A stretch of 64,000 bases of DNA from Burkholderiales bacterium. GTDB lineage: Bacteria; Pseudomonadota; Gammaproteobacteria; Burkholderiales; JBILQJ01. The notes under the pieces were generated by a model that saw nothing but the letters and a program-made list of their open reading frames with translations, was not told the DNA's origin and did no database searches. Position 1 is the stretch's first letter. The number at the start of each line of letters is the position of its first letter. The DNA lies in assembly GCA_044373325.1 (NCBI GenBank), contig JBILQJ010000005.1, positions 656 to 64,655 of the forward strand, given 5' to 3'. A program made the position numbers and the translations under genes. Shown in pieces: positions 49,012 through 60,900 of this stretch.

Positions 49012-52000
49012 TTAAGAATGCGGCGGGGTGTTAACGGCGGCTTGCATATCGACTGACACGATGCGGCTCACACCTTGTTCTTGCATGGTCACGCCGATGA
49101 GTTGTTCGGCCATTTCCATGGTTAATCGGTTGTGGCTGATGTATAAAAATTGGGTGTGGGCGGACAGTTGTTTGACCAATTCACAAAACCGCGCCGTGTT
49201 GGCATCGTCCAAAGGGGCATCGACTTCGTCCAACAAGCAAAAAGGGGCTGGGTTGAGCGCAAACAGCGCAAACACCAAACTCAAGGCGGTGAGGGCTTTT
49301 TCGCCGCCCGACAACAAATGAATGCTGCTGTTTTTTTTGCCGGGTGGGTGCGCGATGAGTTGCATCCCTGCGTTCAATAAATCGTCATCGGTTAACACCA
49401 ATTGCGCCGAGCCGCCGCCAAATAAAGTTGGGAAAATCTCGCCCATTTTGGCATTCACGGCGGCAAAGGTGCTTTGCAATAGGGTGCGCGTTTCGGCATC
49501 GATTTTTTTGATGGCATCGGTGAGCATTTGGGTGGCCGCCGCCAAATCGTGCTGTTGCTCTTCATAATACAGCGCTTGCTTTTGCGTTTCTTCCAGTTCT
49601 AGCGCGGCGGCCAAATTGACCGCGCCAAAGTCGTCCAATTGTCTGGCCAAGCGGCTGATGTGCGCTGCCGTGGCGTTGGGATTGGCCAAACTAAGTGCTT
49701 CGGGCAAGTAGGCGCTTAGGTTGGCCGCGTCTAAACCCAATTGTTCCAAAGCCATTTGTTGGGCTTGGGCTTCTAAAGTGGCTTCTTGTATGCGCAGCAA
49801 TTGTTGCGTTTTTTTATCGTTGAGTTTAGGCACGGCCAACAGCAGCGCATGGTAGTTTTCTTGCGTCTGTTGGCTGTTTTGCTGGCCTTGTTCTTCAGCA
49901 TTGAGGCTGGCTGTCCAGTCGGCTTTGGCCTTTTCCCAAGCAAGGCGCAAAGCATCGATGGCTTCGGTTTGAGCGCTTGCGGCCAACCTTTTTTGCGCCG
50001 CGCTCAATTGGGCAAGTTGTTCATGGAGCGCGGTGGTTTTTTGCTGGTTTTGCGTGACGGCGTGGGTGGTGTATTTGAGGTCTTGTTCTAGCGTTTGCAG
50101 GGTGTGCTGGGCTTGTGTGCAGGTTTTTTCGGCGGCGTGCGCGGCCTGTTGTGCCAAGTTCAACGCTTGCTGGGCTTGCCCAACAGCCGCTTCGGCCACT
50201 GGCAAATCGTTGTCAATTTCGGATTCTAACAAACTGGACAATTGCCATTCTAAAGTTAAGATGCTGTCTTCATCGGCCAATAAAGTCGCTTCTAAATTGG
50301 CCATGTCGCTGGCGAATTCTTGCTGGCGTGTGTCGGCTTGCTGCTGCACCGATTGCAATTGCCAATGCGTTTTTTGGGCGAGTTGATGCGCTTGTTCAAG
50401 TTTCAATAACTCACTTTTTTGGCTGGCGAGGTTGGCACGTAAAGCATAGAGATGGTTTTTGGTGGCCGCCAATTTGGCTTCTGCTTGGCGCAGTGAGGTT
50501 TCGGCGTGGGTTTGTTGCTCTAAAATCAGCGCTTGTTTGGCACTTTGTTCTAAAATTTGCGCGGCTTCGGGCAATTGACTAAGGCCAAAACTGGTGCGAC
50601 TAACCCAAACTTGTTGTGGCGTGATGACGCATTCGCCAGCTTTGAGTTGGTCTTTTTGCGCCCAAGCCGCCTCAACCGTTTCCGCCACAAACACGCCTTG
50701 CATCTGGTCGGCCAAAAAATCGGCAAAATCGGCAGGCGCGTGCAGTTTTGACAACAAGCTGTTAGCTGGAAAAGGGCGCGTGGTGTTGTTCCTTTTTTTG
50801 TACAAATAAGGCACGTTGGGCGGCAAAGCCTTGACGGCTGCCGCGACTTGTTCGGCGCTTGCTTCTGGGGTTGGCGTGTAAAGTCGCGCCTGTATGTTCG
50901 CCCCCAAAATGGCGTTGGCCGCCGCTGCCCAAGGTGCTTCAACGCGCAATTGTTGCCATAAAGGTTGGCCGCAACGGGCATTTTGTGCGTCCCCATTTTT
51001 CGCCTGAGCGGGATCAGATGGCACAGAAAGGCTTTCCGCCGCCACCAAAAAAGCTTGGTTAATATGGCGTTGGTTGTTGATGTGATGCTCTGTTTTTTGG
51101 GCGGCAGCTACCTCGGCGAGGTCGATTTCTTGTTGGCTTTCGGCCTTGGCCAAGGCTCGTTCTAGCGCTTGGTATTGGCTTTGGGCGTTGAGGTAAGCGC
51201 TTTCACACGCCCAAGCATGTTGCGTTGCGGCCAACCTTTGAGTTGCATCGGGCAACGATTCCGCCCAAGTCCTTTGCGTTTGCACCAGTCGTTCGCGTTG
51301 TTGTTGGTGTACGCGCTGTTGTTGTTGGGCGTGTTCTAATTTTTGTTGACACAAAGCCGTTGTTTGGCGATGTGCTTGGAAGTGTTGTTGACGCGCGGCC
51401 AAGGTTTGCGTGGCGGTTTTGAGCGCCAATTCTAAATCGGGCAGCACTTCTTCTGTGGTGTCCAATGTTAATTGCGCCTCGGTCAGCGCCAATTCGGCCT
51501 CTGTTTTGGCATCGAGTAACACCGTTAATCGCGCTTGGACTTGGGTGGATTCGGCGGCCAATTCTGTTTTTTGATGTTCACAGGCGGCAAGGTTGGCCGC
51601 AAGTTGGCGCGCTTCTTTGTGTTGATAGTCGTTGGCCATTTCGGCTTTTACGAGTTCAGTGTGTGCCAGCGTGACGCGTTGTTGATGGCTTAGACTGTTT
51701 GCGGCCAACCCTTGTTGTGCCACTTTGAGTGCGCTTAATTCGCTCTCTAAAGCCCAACGATTGGTTTCTGCCGCGACCAATTCGGTTTCGATTTGCGCCA
51801 AAGCGCCTTGGGCTTCGGCCAAAGTCTCTTTGGCTTGTTCTTTTTTAAACAAGGCAAAAATCGTTTGCTGGTGTATCAAGGTTTTTTTGAGGCGCTGATA
51901 ATCGCCCGCAAGATTGGCTTGTTCGCTTAAAGTCGCCATTCTTTGCGTCAAAGTGAGCTGAATATCGCCCAAACGTGCCGTATTTTGGGCGGTTTCGCGT

Positions 52001-52551
52001 AAATGGGTTTCAGTTTCTTTGCGGCGTTCTTTGTATTTAGAAATGCCCGCCGCTTCTTCTAAATAAGCGCGGAGTTCTTCGGGGCGCGCTTCTATGATAC
52101 GCGCCACCATGCCTTGTTCGATGACGGCATAACCGCCCACACCCACGCCCGTTCCTAAAAACAAATCGTTGATGTCTTTTCGTCTAACTATTTGATTGTT
52201 AATATAATAAAATGAATCGCCCGAACGAGTGAGGACGCGTTTGATGGCGATTTCGGTATAACTGCCCCAACTGCCTTGCGCGGCGTTGTCGCTGTTATCA
52301 AACACCAACTCCACCGAAGCGCGACTAACGGGCTGTCGGGTGTTGGCGCCATTAAAAATCACATCTTGCATAGAAACGCCGCGCAGTTGTTTGGCCGATG
52401 ATGCACCCAGCACCCAACGCACGGCATCAATGAGGTTGGATTTGCCACAGCCATTGGGGCCAACCACCGCGACCAGTTGACCCGGTATGGCGATGGTGGT
52501 CGCATCCACAAAGGACTTAAAGCCCGCCAATTTTAAATGTGTTAAACGCAT
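49012..52551 (-). CDS. smc: Chromosome segregation protein SMC
   Basis: GFKSF, GPNGCGKSN, long coiled coils, LSGGEK, LDEVDAPLDD. Confidence 0.96.
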   Translation of the reverse strand: MRLTHLKLAGFKSFVDATTIAIPGQLVAVVGPNGCGKSNLIDAVRWVLGASSAKQLRGVSMQDVIFNGANTRQPVSRASVELVFDNSDNAAQGSWGSYTEIAIKRVLTRSGDSFYYINNQIVRRKDINDLFLGTGVGVGGYAVIEQGMVARIIEARPEELRAYLEEAAGISKYKERRKETETHLRETAQNTARLGDIQLTLTQRMATLSEQANLAGDYQRLKKTLIHQQTIFALFKKEQAKETLAEAQGALAQIETELVAAETNRWALESELSALKVAQQGLAANSLSHQQRVTLAHTELVKAEMANDYQHKEARQLAANLAACEHQKTELAAESTQVQARLTVLLDAKTEAELALTEAQLTLDTTEEVLPDLELALKTATQTLAARQQHFQAHRQTTALCQQKLEHAQQQQRVHQQQRERLVQTQRTWAESLPDATQRLAATQHAWACESAYLNAQSQYQALERALAKAESQQEIDLAEVAAAQKTEHHINNQRHINQAFLVAAESLSVPSDPAQAKNGDAQNARCGQPLWQQLRVEAPWAAAANAILGANIQARLYTPTPEASAEQVAAAVKALPPNVPYLYKKRNNTTRPFPANSLLSKLHAPADFADFLADQMQGVFVAETVEAAWAQKDQLKAGECVITPQQVWVSRTSFGLSQLPEAAQILEQSAKQALILEQQTHAETSLRQAEAKLAATKNHLYALRANLASQKSELLKLEQAHQLAQKTHWQLQSVQQQADTRQQEFASDMANLEATLLADEDSILTLEWQLSSLLESEIDNDLPVAEAAVGQAQQALNLAQQAAHAAEKTCTQAQHTLQTLEQDLKYTTHAVTQNQQKTTALHEQLAQLSAAQKRLAASAQTEAIDALRLAWEKAKADWTASLNAEEQGQQNSQQTQENYHALLLAVPKLNDKKTQQLLRIQEATLEAQAQQMALEQLGLDAANLSAYLPEALSLANPNATAAHISRLARQLDDFGAVNLAAALELEETQKQALYYEEQQHDLAAATQMLTDAIKKIDAETRTLLQSTFAAVNAKMGEIFPTLFGGGSAQLVLTDDDLLNAGMQLIAHPPGKKNSSIHLLSGGEKALTALSLVFALFALNPAPFCLLDEVDAPLDDANTARFCELVKQLSAHTQFLYISHNRLTMEMAEQLIGVTMQEQGVSRIVSVDMQAAVNTPPHS

Positions 52552-52727
52552 GGGCAACTTTCCACTTTTACAGTGCCATCAAAAAGAGCCTGATTTTAAC
52601 AAAGCTTAGGCGCGCGCGGTAAAAATCTGGAGGGCTACCTTTTAACCCTGACTTTTTGGTTAAAAGGTTGGTCGAAAAATTTAAAAATTTAAAATTTATG
52701 TTTTTAAGTGTTGTTTTTTTATGATGT

Positions 52728-52789
52728 AACCGCTGCGGATAAACTTTTATCTTTTATAAATCAAAGGTAAAAGTTTATCCGCAGCGGTT
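52728..52789. repeat. Inverted repeat in the smc-cdiB divergent intergenic region
   Basis: AACCGCTGCGGATAAACTTTTA / TAAAAGTTTATCCGCAGCGGTT. Confidence 0.85.
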
Positions 52790-52931
52790 TTTTGACGGTT
52801 AGCAAGCTTTACGTTTGGGTTTTATTCTGGTATAAGCTCACATTATTTTTACGCTTGCTATCTATGCTTAACTATTTTGATTGGCAGTGTTTCTTTTTTG
52901 CAACCATTTTGAGCCGTCATGAAGGGGTTTT

Positions 52932-54842
52932 ATGTCACCTGTTTTTTTAAGTTTGCCTTTGAATTTGCCTAGGCCTGTTGGTTTATCTGCCGATGTTTAT
53001 GGCTTGGGTTGGTTAGCGCGGCAGGCGGGCTGTCGGATGTTAGTCATTGGTGGCCTTGGTTTGGGGTTAGGCTTGGGTTTAGGGTCTGCGAGCGCAGCGG
53101 ATGTGCCTGTTGCGCAAAATCCCGCATTCCAAAATTCAGCAGCCGAACGTGCGGCGGACGGATTTTTGCGCCAACAAGAACGCGATCGGCAGTTGCGCGA
53201 GGGTCAAGAACGTGCGCCTGATGTGCGGTTGGGGGCTGATGCGGCAGCGCAAAATGACGCGGCGGCGCGATTGCCCGAGGCCGAGGCGGATTGTGTTTTG
53301 ATACAGGCCATAGAATTGGTGGATGACTTTGTGTCTAAGCCTGTAGATTTTAGCTGGGCGATTTCGGCGGCGAATAAAACGGGGACGGGCGAGCGCGATA
53401 TGGCAGTGGGGCGGTGTTTGGGGTCGCAGGGCGTGAATTTGGTGATGCGGCGCATCCAAAATGGCTTGATTGCACGGGGTTTGGTGACGGCGCGGGTGTT
53501 GGCGGGCGAGCAAACGGCGCTGGATAAGGGCGTGTTGCGGTTGACGGTGTTGCCGGGGCGCATACGGCAGGTGCGTTTTGCGGACAATGGCGCAGAAGCC
53601 ACGGCGTTGATGAATCGCCGCCCTGCGCTGTGGAATGCATTTCCTTTTCAATCGGGCGATGTGCTGAATTTGCGCGACATCGAGCAGGCGATGGAGAATG
53701 TGAAGCGCGTTCCGACTTTGGCGGCCGATGTGCAAATTGTGCCAGCCGAAACCTTAGATGCCCAAGGTCGCCCCGGCAGACCGGGTGAAAGCGATGTGGT
53801 GATACAAACCCAGCAAAGTTTCCCCGTGCGTTTGAGTTTGTCGCTGGACAACAGTGGCAGCGAATCGACGGGCGTTTATCAAGGCGGCGCGACGGTGTCG
53901 TTTGATAATTGGTGGACGCTCAGTGATTTATTTTATGTGAATGTTGGCCGCAATATGGATGGGCAAAACGTGGACGAGGGCGGCACGAATTCCTACACGG
54001 TGCATTATTCGGTGCCATTTGGGGGCAGTTTGTTGACGGCGACGGCCAGCAAAAGCGGGTATTTTCAGACGGTGGCGGGCGCGAATCAGGCCTATGTTTA
54101 CCGTGGGGATAGCCAAAACAGTGAGCTGGAATTGTCTCGGGTGGTCTACCGCGACGGCGTGCGTAAAATCAGCGCGGCGGTTAAAGGCTGGCGGCGCGCG
54201 TCTCAAAATTTTATTGATGACACCGAAATTGAGGTGCAGCGTCGCCGAACAGCGGGCTGGGCGGCATCGATTTCGCACCGCGAATTTGTGGGGGCAGCCA
54301 CGCTGGACACCGACGTGACGTACAAACGGGCGACGGGTGCGCAAGACGCTTTGGCCGCGCCCGAGGCCTTGTTTGGGGAAGGGGCTTCTCGGCCGCAGTT
54401 GTGGCTGGCGTCGACTGAACTGAATGCGCCCTTTAAAGTGGGTGAGCAAGCTTGGCGTTACAACGCGGTGTTGCGAGGCCAGTGGAACGCCACGCCGTTA
54501 ATCGTACAAGATCGATTTTCTATTGGCGGACGCTATACGGTGCGGGGCTTTGATGGCCAGCAACAGTTATTGGGCGAGCGCGGGTTTACGGTGCGCAACG
54601 AATTAAACGTGGCTTTGGGCGGCAGTGGCCAGTGGGCGTATTTGGCGGCGGATTATGGCCAAGTGGGCGGTGACAGCACGGCCTTTTTGGTGGGCAAGCA
54701 ATTGAGCGGCGGCGGTTTGGGACTGCGCGGTGGTTGGCGCGGCGCGTCGTATGACGTGTTTTTGGGCATCCCATTTTATGCGCCTGCGGGATTTTCTACG
54801 GCAGGCAAAGTACTGGATTTTAATGTGAATTGGTCTTTTTAA
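52932..54842 (+). CDS. TpsB (ShlB/FhaC/CdiB) outer-membrane transporter
   Basis: POTRA region, LNLRDIEQ, LDNSG, IGGRYTVRGF, C-terminal WSF; start uncertain. Confidence 0.93.
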   Translation: MSPVFLSLPLNLPRPVGLSADVYGLGWLARQAGCRMLVIGGLGLGLGLGLGSASAADVPVAQNPAFQNSAAERAADGFLRQQERDRQLREGQERAPDVRLGADAAAQNDAAARLPEAEADCVLIQAIELVDDFVSKPVDFSWAISAANKTGTGERDMAVGRCLGSQGVNLVMRRIQNGLIARGLVTARVLAGEQTALDKGVLRLTVLPGRIRQVRFADNGAEATALMNRRPALWNAFPFQSGDVLNLRDIEQAMENVKRVPTLAADVQIVPAETLDAQGRPGRPGESDVVIQTQQSFPVRLSLSLDNSGSESTGVYQGGATVSFDNWWTLSDLFYVNVGRNMDGQNVDEGGTNSYTVHYSVPFGGSLLTATASKSGYFQTVAGANQAYVYRGDSQNSELELSRVVYRDGVRKISAAVKGWRRASQNFIDDTEIEVQRRRTAGWAASISHREFVGAATLDTDVTYKRATGAQDALAAPEALFGEGASRPQLWLASTELNAPFKVGEQAWRYNAVLRGQWNATPLIVQDRFSIGGRYTVRGFDGQQQLLGERGFTVRNELNVALGGSGQWAYLAADYGQVGGDSTAFLVGKQLSGGGLGLRGGWRGASYDVFLGIPFYAPAGFSTAGKVLDFNVNWSF

Positions 54843-54907
54843 GTGACTGACTTTTTTGTTGTCACTTTCTATTTTTTATCATTTCAATGAGCTAAAGGGT
54901 TTTATCA

Positions 54908-57900
54908 ATGAACAAGCAACGGTTTCGGTTGGTGTTTAACAAAGTGCGTTCGGTGTTGATGGCGGTGGCGGAGATTACGGTCAGTTGTGTGGGCAAGGCG
55001 GCGGGCGAAACGCGGGGGTTGCTGGGCAAGGGTTTCGGGGCGGTTTCGGCTGCGGCCAAGGTTGTGGGGATTTTTGGTGCTGGCGGTTTTGCGGCGTTTC
55101 GGCCTGTGACGGCCTTCGTTTGGGTGGCTTTGGGCTTGGCTGTGGTGTCTGGTGGTGCTGCGCAAGCCCAGCCAGCCCAAATCCAATCAGCGCCAACTTC
55201 TTTGGTAAAGGCTTTGCCGATTAGCTGGTCAGCGAGCGCCACGGCTGCGCAGCAAGGGTTGGTGAAGCAAGGTTTGATGAGCAAAGGCGTTCCGCCGGGG
55301 ATTTGGGGCGAACGCTTAAAGACTTTGCCGCAGCGCGCCCGCGATGGTGCGCCAGCGGGGGTTAAGAGGCAAAATTGGCCTTTAAACGGACAATCTTTAA
55401 ATGTCAACGGGCAACCTGTGTATGGGCAAGCCATGAAGGGGCAATTGCCGATTTTGCCAGTGTTTTCAGGCGATAAGGGCGACAAAGGCGATGGGGTTCG
55501 GCATTTGATCAAAAGTGGTTTCCAGCTTTTGTGGCCGTGGACTGACGCTGACAAGCAAGGTGGTTCAGCGGCAGATCAAGAGGGGGATTCAAACGCTTCA
55601 AATGGTTCAAACGCTTCAAATGGCAATATTTCGCCAAGTCAAGCGGCTGGGGCAACACGGGCCAGCTCGGCTGGACAAGTCATCGCCGACCCAAACGCCC
55701 CTAAAAATCAACGCGCCACGGTGTTGGAAGCGGGCAACGGCGTGCCTGTCATCAACATTCAAACGCCCAGCGCGGCAGGCGTGTCGCGCAATGTTTACGG
55801 GGTTTTTGATGTGACGGCGGAAGGCGTGATTTTGAACAACAGCCGCACCAACACGCCGACGGTGTTGGGCGGTTGGGTGCAGGGCAATCCGTGGTTGGGG
55901 TTGGGGTCGGCGCGGGTGATTTTGAACGAAGTCAATTCGACCAACCCGAGTTTATTAAACGGTTATATTGAAGTGGCAGGCCAGCGCGCCGAAGTGATTA
56001 TCGCCAATCCTGCGGGCATTTCGTGCGATGGTTGCGGCTTTATTAACGCCAGTCGGGCGACCTTGACGACGGGTACGCCGCTGTTGGACGCAGGTCGGAT
56101 TTCGGGCTATCGCGTTGTCGATGGCGTGATCCAGATTTCAGGGCAAGGTTTGGACAGTCGCGGCGTTGATTTTACAGACGTTTTGGCGCGTCGCATCGCG
56201 GTGGACGGTGCGGTGAGCGCGGAGCGATTGACGCTGATTGCTGGCGTGAATGACATTGAGTTAACACAAGAAAGTGGCGTTTTGCCTGCGGTGTCCAGTT
56301 CGGCGCAGGCTGCGGCCAAGCTTGTTTCTGAATCCTTGCCCGAAGCCGAGCGCTGGGGCATAGACAGCACGGCGCTGGGCGGTATGACGGCGGGTCAAAT
56401 CACCTTGGTGGCGACCGAAGCAGGCGTTGGCGTGCGTCACGCGGGGACGATGTACGCGGGGGTGGGCGAGGTGCGCATCACGGCGAATGGCGATTTGGTG
56501 AACGCGGGCAGCATCAATGGCGGCGCGGTGGCGTTGAGCGCTTCGAATCGGCTCCAAAACAGCGGCAAAGTGTACGCTGAGGGCGACTTGGCCGTTCAGG
56601 CACAATTCATTGAAAATTCAAGTAAAACTGACAAATCCAACGCGGTGTTTGCGGCGCGCGGGTCGGCGAGCTTGACGGCTGGCGGTTCGGTGACGAGTTC
56701 GGGCTTGTTGGCGGCGGGTTTGCAAGCCGATGGCACGGTGCAGGGCGCGGATTTGGTGGTGTCAGCAGGCGAGGCGATTACGGCGACTGGTCAAAATTTA
56801 AGCGGCAATTCGCAACGTTGGGACGCGCCCAGCGTGAGTTTGGCGAACAGCACCACGCAAGCGCCCAGCGTGACGGTGACGGCGAGCGCGGGCGATGTGG
56901 ACGCGTCGGGCGCGACTTTGTCGGCGACGACTTTGAGCCTCAACAGTGCGCAAACGCTGCGCACGGACGGCGCGTCGGTGTCGGCGGAAACCTTGAATTT
57001 ACAGGCCAAAATCCTATCCAACGTGGGCGGAAGTTTGACCCAAACGGGCGACGGCGACATGGCTTTGGTGGCGACTGACAAGCTCGACAACACGAACGGC
57101 CTCATCGCCACGAATGCGGCCAACCTTGCGATACAAACGCAGCAGTTAATCAATCAAAGTAATGGCTTAAATGCAGAGGGCGAGCCGAACACGGCTCAAA
57201 TCCAACACGCAGGCACGGGCACGTTTAGCCTTGCGGCCACCGTTTTGGATGGCCAAAACGGCGAACTCATCAGCAACGGCGCGTTGAATTTGCAGGGCGA
57301 CGTGGTGAACATGGACGGCGCGTCTACCAGCGCCAAATCCTTGAATATAAAAACCAAAACCCTATCCAACGTGGGCGGCAGGCTCATCCAAACTGGCGAC
57401 GGCGATCAAACCTTGGTGGCCAGCGACAAACTCGACAACACCAACGGCCTCATCGCCACGAATGCGGCCAACTTTAGGCTAGAAACGCAGCAGTTAATCA
57501 ATCAAAGTAATGGCTTAAATGCAGAGGGCGAGCCGAACACGGCTCAAATCCAACACGCAGGCACGGGCGCGTTTGACCTTGCGGCCACCGTTTTGGATGG
57601 CCAAAACGGCGAACTCATCAGCAATGGCGCGTTGAATTTGCAGGGCGACGTGGTGAATTTGGACGGCGCGAACACCAGCGCCAAGCTGTTGAATATCCAC
57701 ACCAAAACCCTATCCAACGTGGGCGGCAGCCTCATCCAAACGGGCGACGGTGACATGAGTTTGGTGGCGACTGACAAGCTCGACAACACCAACGGCCTCA
57801 TCGCCACGAATGCGGCCAACCTTGCGATACAAACGCAACAGTTAATCAATCAAAGCAAAGGCTTAAATGCCGAAAACGAACCGAACACGGCTCAAATCCA

Positions 57901-60900
57901 ACACGCAGGCACGGGCGCGTTTAACCTTGCGGCCACCGTTTTGGAAGGCCAAAACGGCGAACTCATCAGCAACGGCGCGTTGAATTTACGGGGAGATTTC
58001 GTGAATTTTGACGGTGCCAGTACCAGCGCCAAATCCTTGAATATTAATAGTAAAACTCTGTCCAACGTGGGCGGCAGTTTGATACAAACGGGCGACGGCG
58101 ACATGGCTTTGGTGGCGACTGACCAGCTCGACAATACAAACGGCCTCATCGCGACCAATGCGGCCAACCTTGCGATACAAACGCAACAGTTAATCAATCA
58201 AAGCAATGGCTTAAACGCCGAAAACGAACCCAACACGGCTCAAATTCAACACGCAGGCACGGGCGAATTTACCCTTGCGGCCAAGCTTTTAGAAGGCCAA
58301 AATGGCAGCATCATCAGCAATGGCGCCTTGAATTTGCAGGGCGACGTGGTGAATTTGGACGGCGCGAACACCAGCGCCAAATCTTTGAATATCCACACCA
58401 AAACCCTATCCAACGTGGGCGGCCAACTTATCCAAACGGGTGATGGCGACCAAAGCTTGGTGGCGACTGACAAGCTCGACAACACCAACGGCCTCATCGC
58501 GACCAATGCGGCCAACCTTGCGATACAAACGCAGCAGTTAATTAATCAAAGCAATGGCTTAAATTCAGAGGGCGAGGCTAACACGGCTCAAATCCAACAC
58601 GCAGGCACGGGCAGTTTTACGCTTGCGGCCACCGTTTTGGACGGCCAAAACGGCAGTATTGTCAGCAACGGCGCATTGAATTTGCAGGGCGACGTGGTGA
58701 ATTTGGACGGCGCGTCTACCAGCGCCAAGTTGTTGAATATCAACACCAAAACCCTATCCAACGTGGGCGGCCAACTTATCCAAACGGGCGACGGCGACCA
58801 AAGCTTGGTGGCGACTGACAAGCTCGACAACACCAACGGCCTGATTGCCACGAATGCGGCCAACCTTGCGATACAAACGCAGCAGTTAATCAATCAAAGC
58901 AGTGGCTTAAATGCCGAAAACGAGCCGAACACGGCTCAAATCCAACACGCAGGCACGGGCGAATTTACGCTTGTGGCCAACGATTTAGAAGGCCAAAACG
59001 GCGACATTATTAGCAATGGCGCCTTGAATTTGCAGGGTGAGGTGGTGAATTTGGACGGTGCCAACACCAGCGCCAAAGGCTTGAATATTAATAGTAAAAC
59101 CTTGTCCAACGTGGGTGGTAGTTTGATACAAACGGGCACGGAAGCAGGCAGCATCACGGTGGCCGAGGGCTTGAATAATGCGCAAGGCGTGCTGGTGAGT
59201 AATGGCGATTTGGCGTTGGCTGTGGGCAGTTTAGACAACGCGGACGGGACGATACAAGCGGGCGGGTTGTTGGCTCAGGGCGAGGGCGAAGAGCCGATAG
59301 AATTGTTGGGCAATTTGACACTGACGGCGACGGGGTTGGTGAACAACGCGGGTGGCAGCGTATCGGCACAGGGAGAGGTAACGCTCAAGGCTGGGGTGCT
59401 GAACAATACGACAGAGGGGCGTTTATCGGCCAAAGAGGCGCTGACGGTGACGGTGGCGACGCTGGATAACACCGATGGTCAGTTGGTGGCGGGCAGTGAT
59501 TTGACGGTTCAGGCTGATGCAGTGAACAACACGCGCGGGGTGTTGGCGGCGGTGACAGGTTCGGCGACGATTAACGTACAAACCCGCCTTAACAACAGCG
59601 CTGGGCGGGTGGAAGCGGGTCAAGCTTTGAATCTCAATAGTTTGGGGTTAACTAACATAGATGGGGTGGTGACGGCGCAAACTGTGAATATTAACAGTCA
59701 ATTACAAGCGATAGACAACACGCGCGGTCAGTTGACGGCGACCGATTTGGCCATACGAAGTGGCGAATTTTTGAATGATGCGGGCTTGGTGTATGGGGTA
59801 TCGACGTTGGTTTTAAATACCAATGAACAAAGGTTGACGAATAAAAATTCGGGCGAAACGGGTGGTTTGATTGGCTTGGGTAGTGTGAATTTAACCACGG
59901 GCATTTTCGATAATCAAACGGGTTATGTGAGTGCAAACGCCCTCAACCTTAATAGCCGAGAGGTGTTGAATACTCAAGGGGTGTTGGTGAGTTTTGGTGA
60001 TTTGGCCATACAAACGGGTGATATGAATAACGTTGGCGGTCAACTTCAGGGGTTGGGGAACGTGACCTTGGGGGTGACGGGGATGCTGAATAATACGGGG
60101 GGGGTGTTGCGCGCAGGCGGCGGCTTGACCGCGACTGCGGCCAACCTTCTGAACACCAACACCAATGGCGAGAATCAAGGCATAGAAGGCCAAAATGTGA
60201 CATTGACGTCGGATTTTGTGGACAATCAAGCGGGCGCAATCCGTGCGAATACGAATGTTTCTGTGTTGAGTAATGGTACGGTGAATAACACAAGCGGCTT
60301 AATGAGCGCTGGCGAAGCCCTGCGCATTGCGAATGCGCCCGATTTGCGATTGGGGTATGGGTTGAACTTAATCAATACGAGCGGGACTTTGGTGGCTGGT
60401 GGTGAGCAAGGCGGCTCGGTGACGGTGAACAGCGCGAGTTTGAGTGGCGATGGGCGCATCATGAGCTCGGGTTTGGTGAGCGTGACGGTACAAAGTGATT
60501 TTACGAATACAGGTACATTGAGCGCGGCCGAAGTGTCTGTGCAAAGCAGCGGCACGTTGACGAATGAGGGCGTGATTTATGGGGATAATCGGGTCGATTT
60601 AACAGCGGCCATTATCAACATCAATGATAACGCGGCTTACAGCATAGAATCGAGTGGCATATTGAGTTTGCACGCGAGCGACAGGGTCAATAATTCGGGG
60701 ACTTTGAATGCGAGTGAGATGTGGATAGAGACATCCACGTTGAATAATACGGGTAAGATTTACGGCGATCATGTGGCGATTTCGGCGGGGACATTGAATA
60801 ACAGTGCGGTCATGGGTTTAGAAAATGGCATCGTAACCCGCCTAGGTGCGGTCATTGCTGCACGCAATCGTTTGGATATTGCGGCCAACGTCCTAAATAA

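Noticed and set aside
53052-53084. GLGLGLGLG stretch in TpsB as a phase-variable tract
   Set aside because: The codons vary and there is no perfect nucleotide microsatellite. It is the hydrophobic core of the signal peptide.
57005-59138. Regularly spaced repeats as a CRISPR array
   Set aside because: The period is 348 bp and in frame, the whole unit is conserved with no unique spacers, and no cas genes are present.
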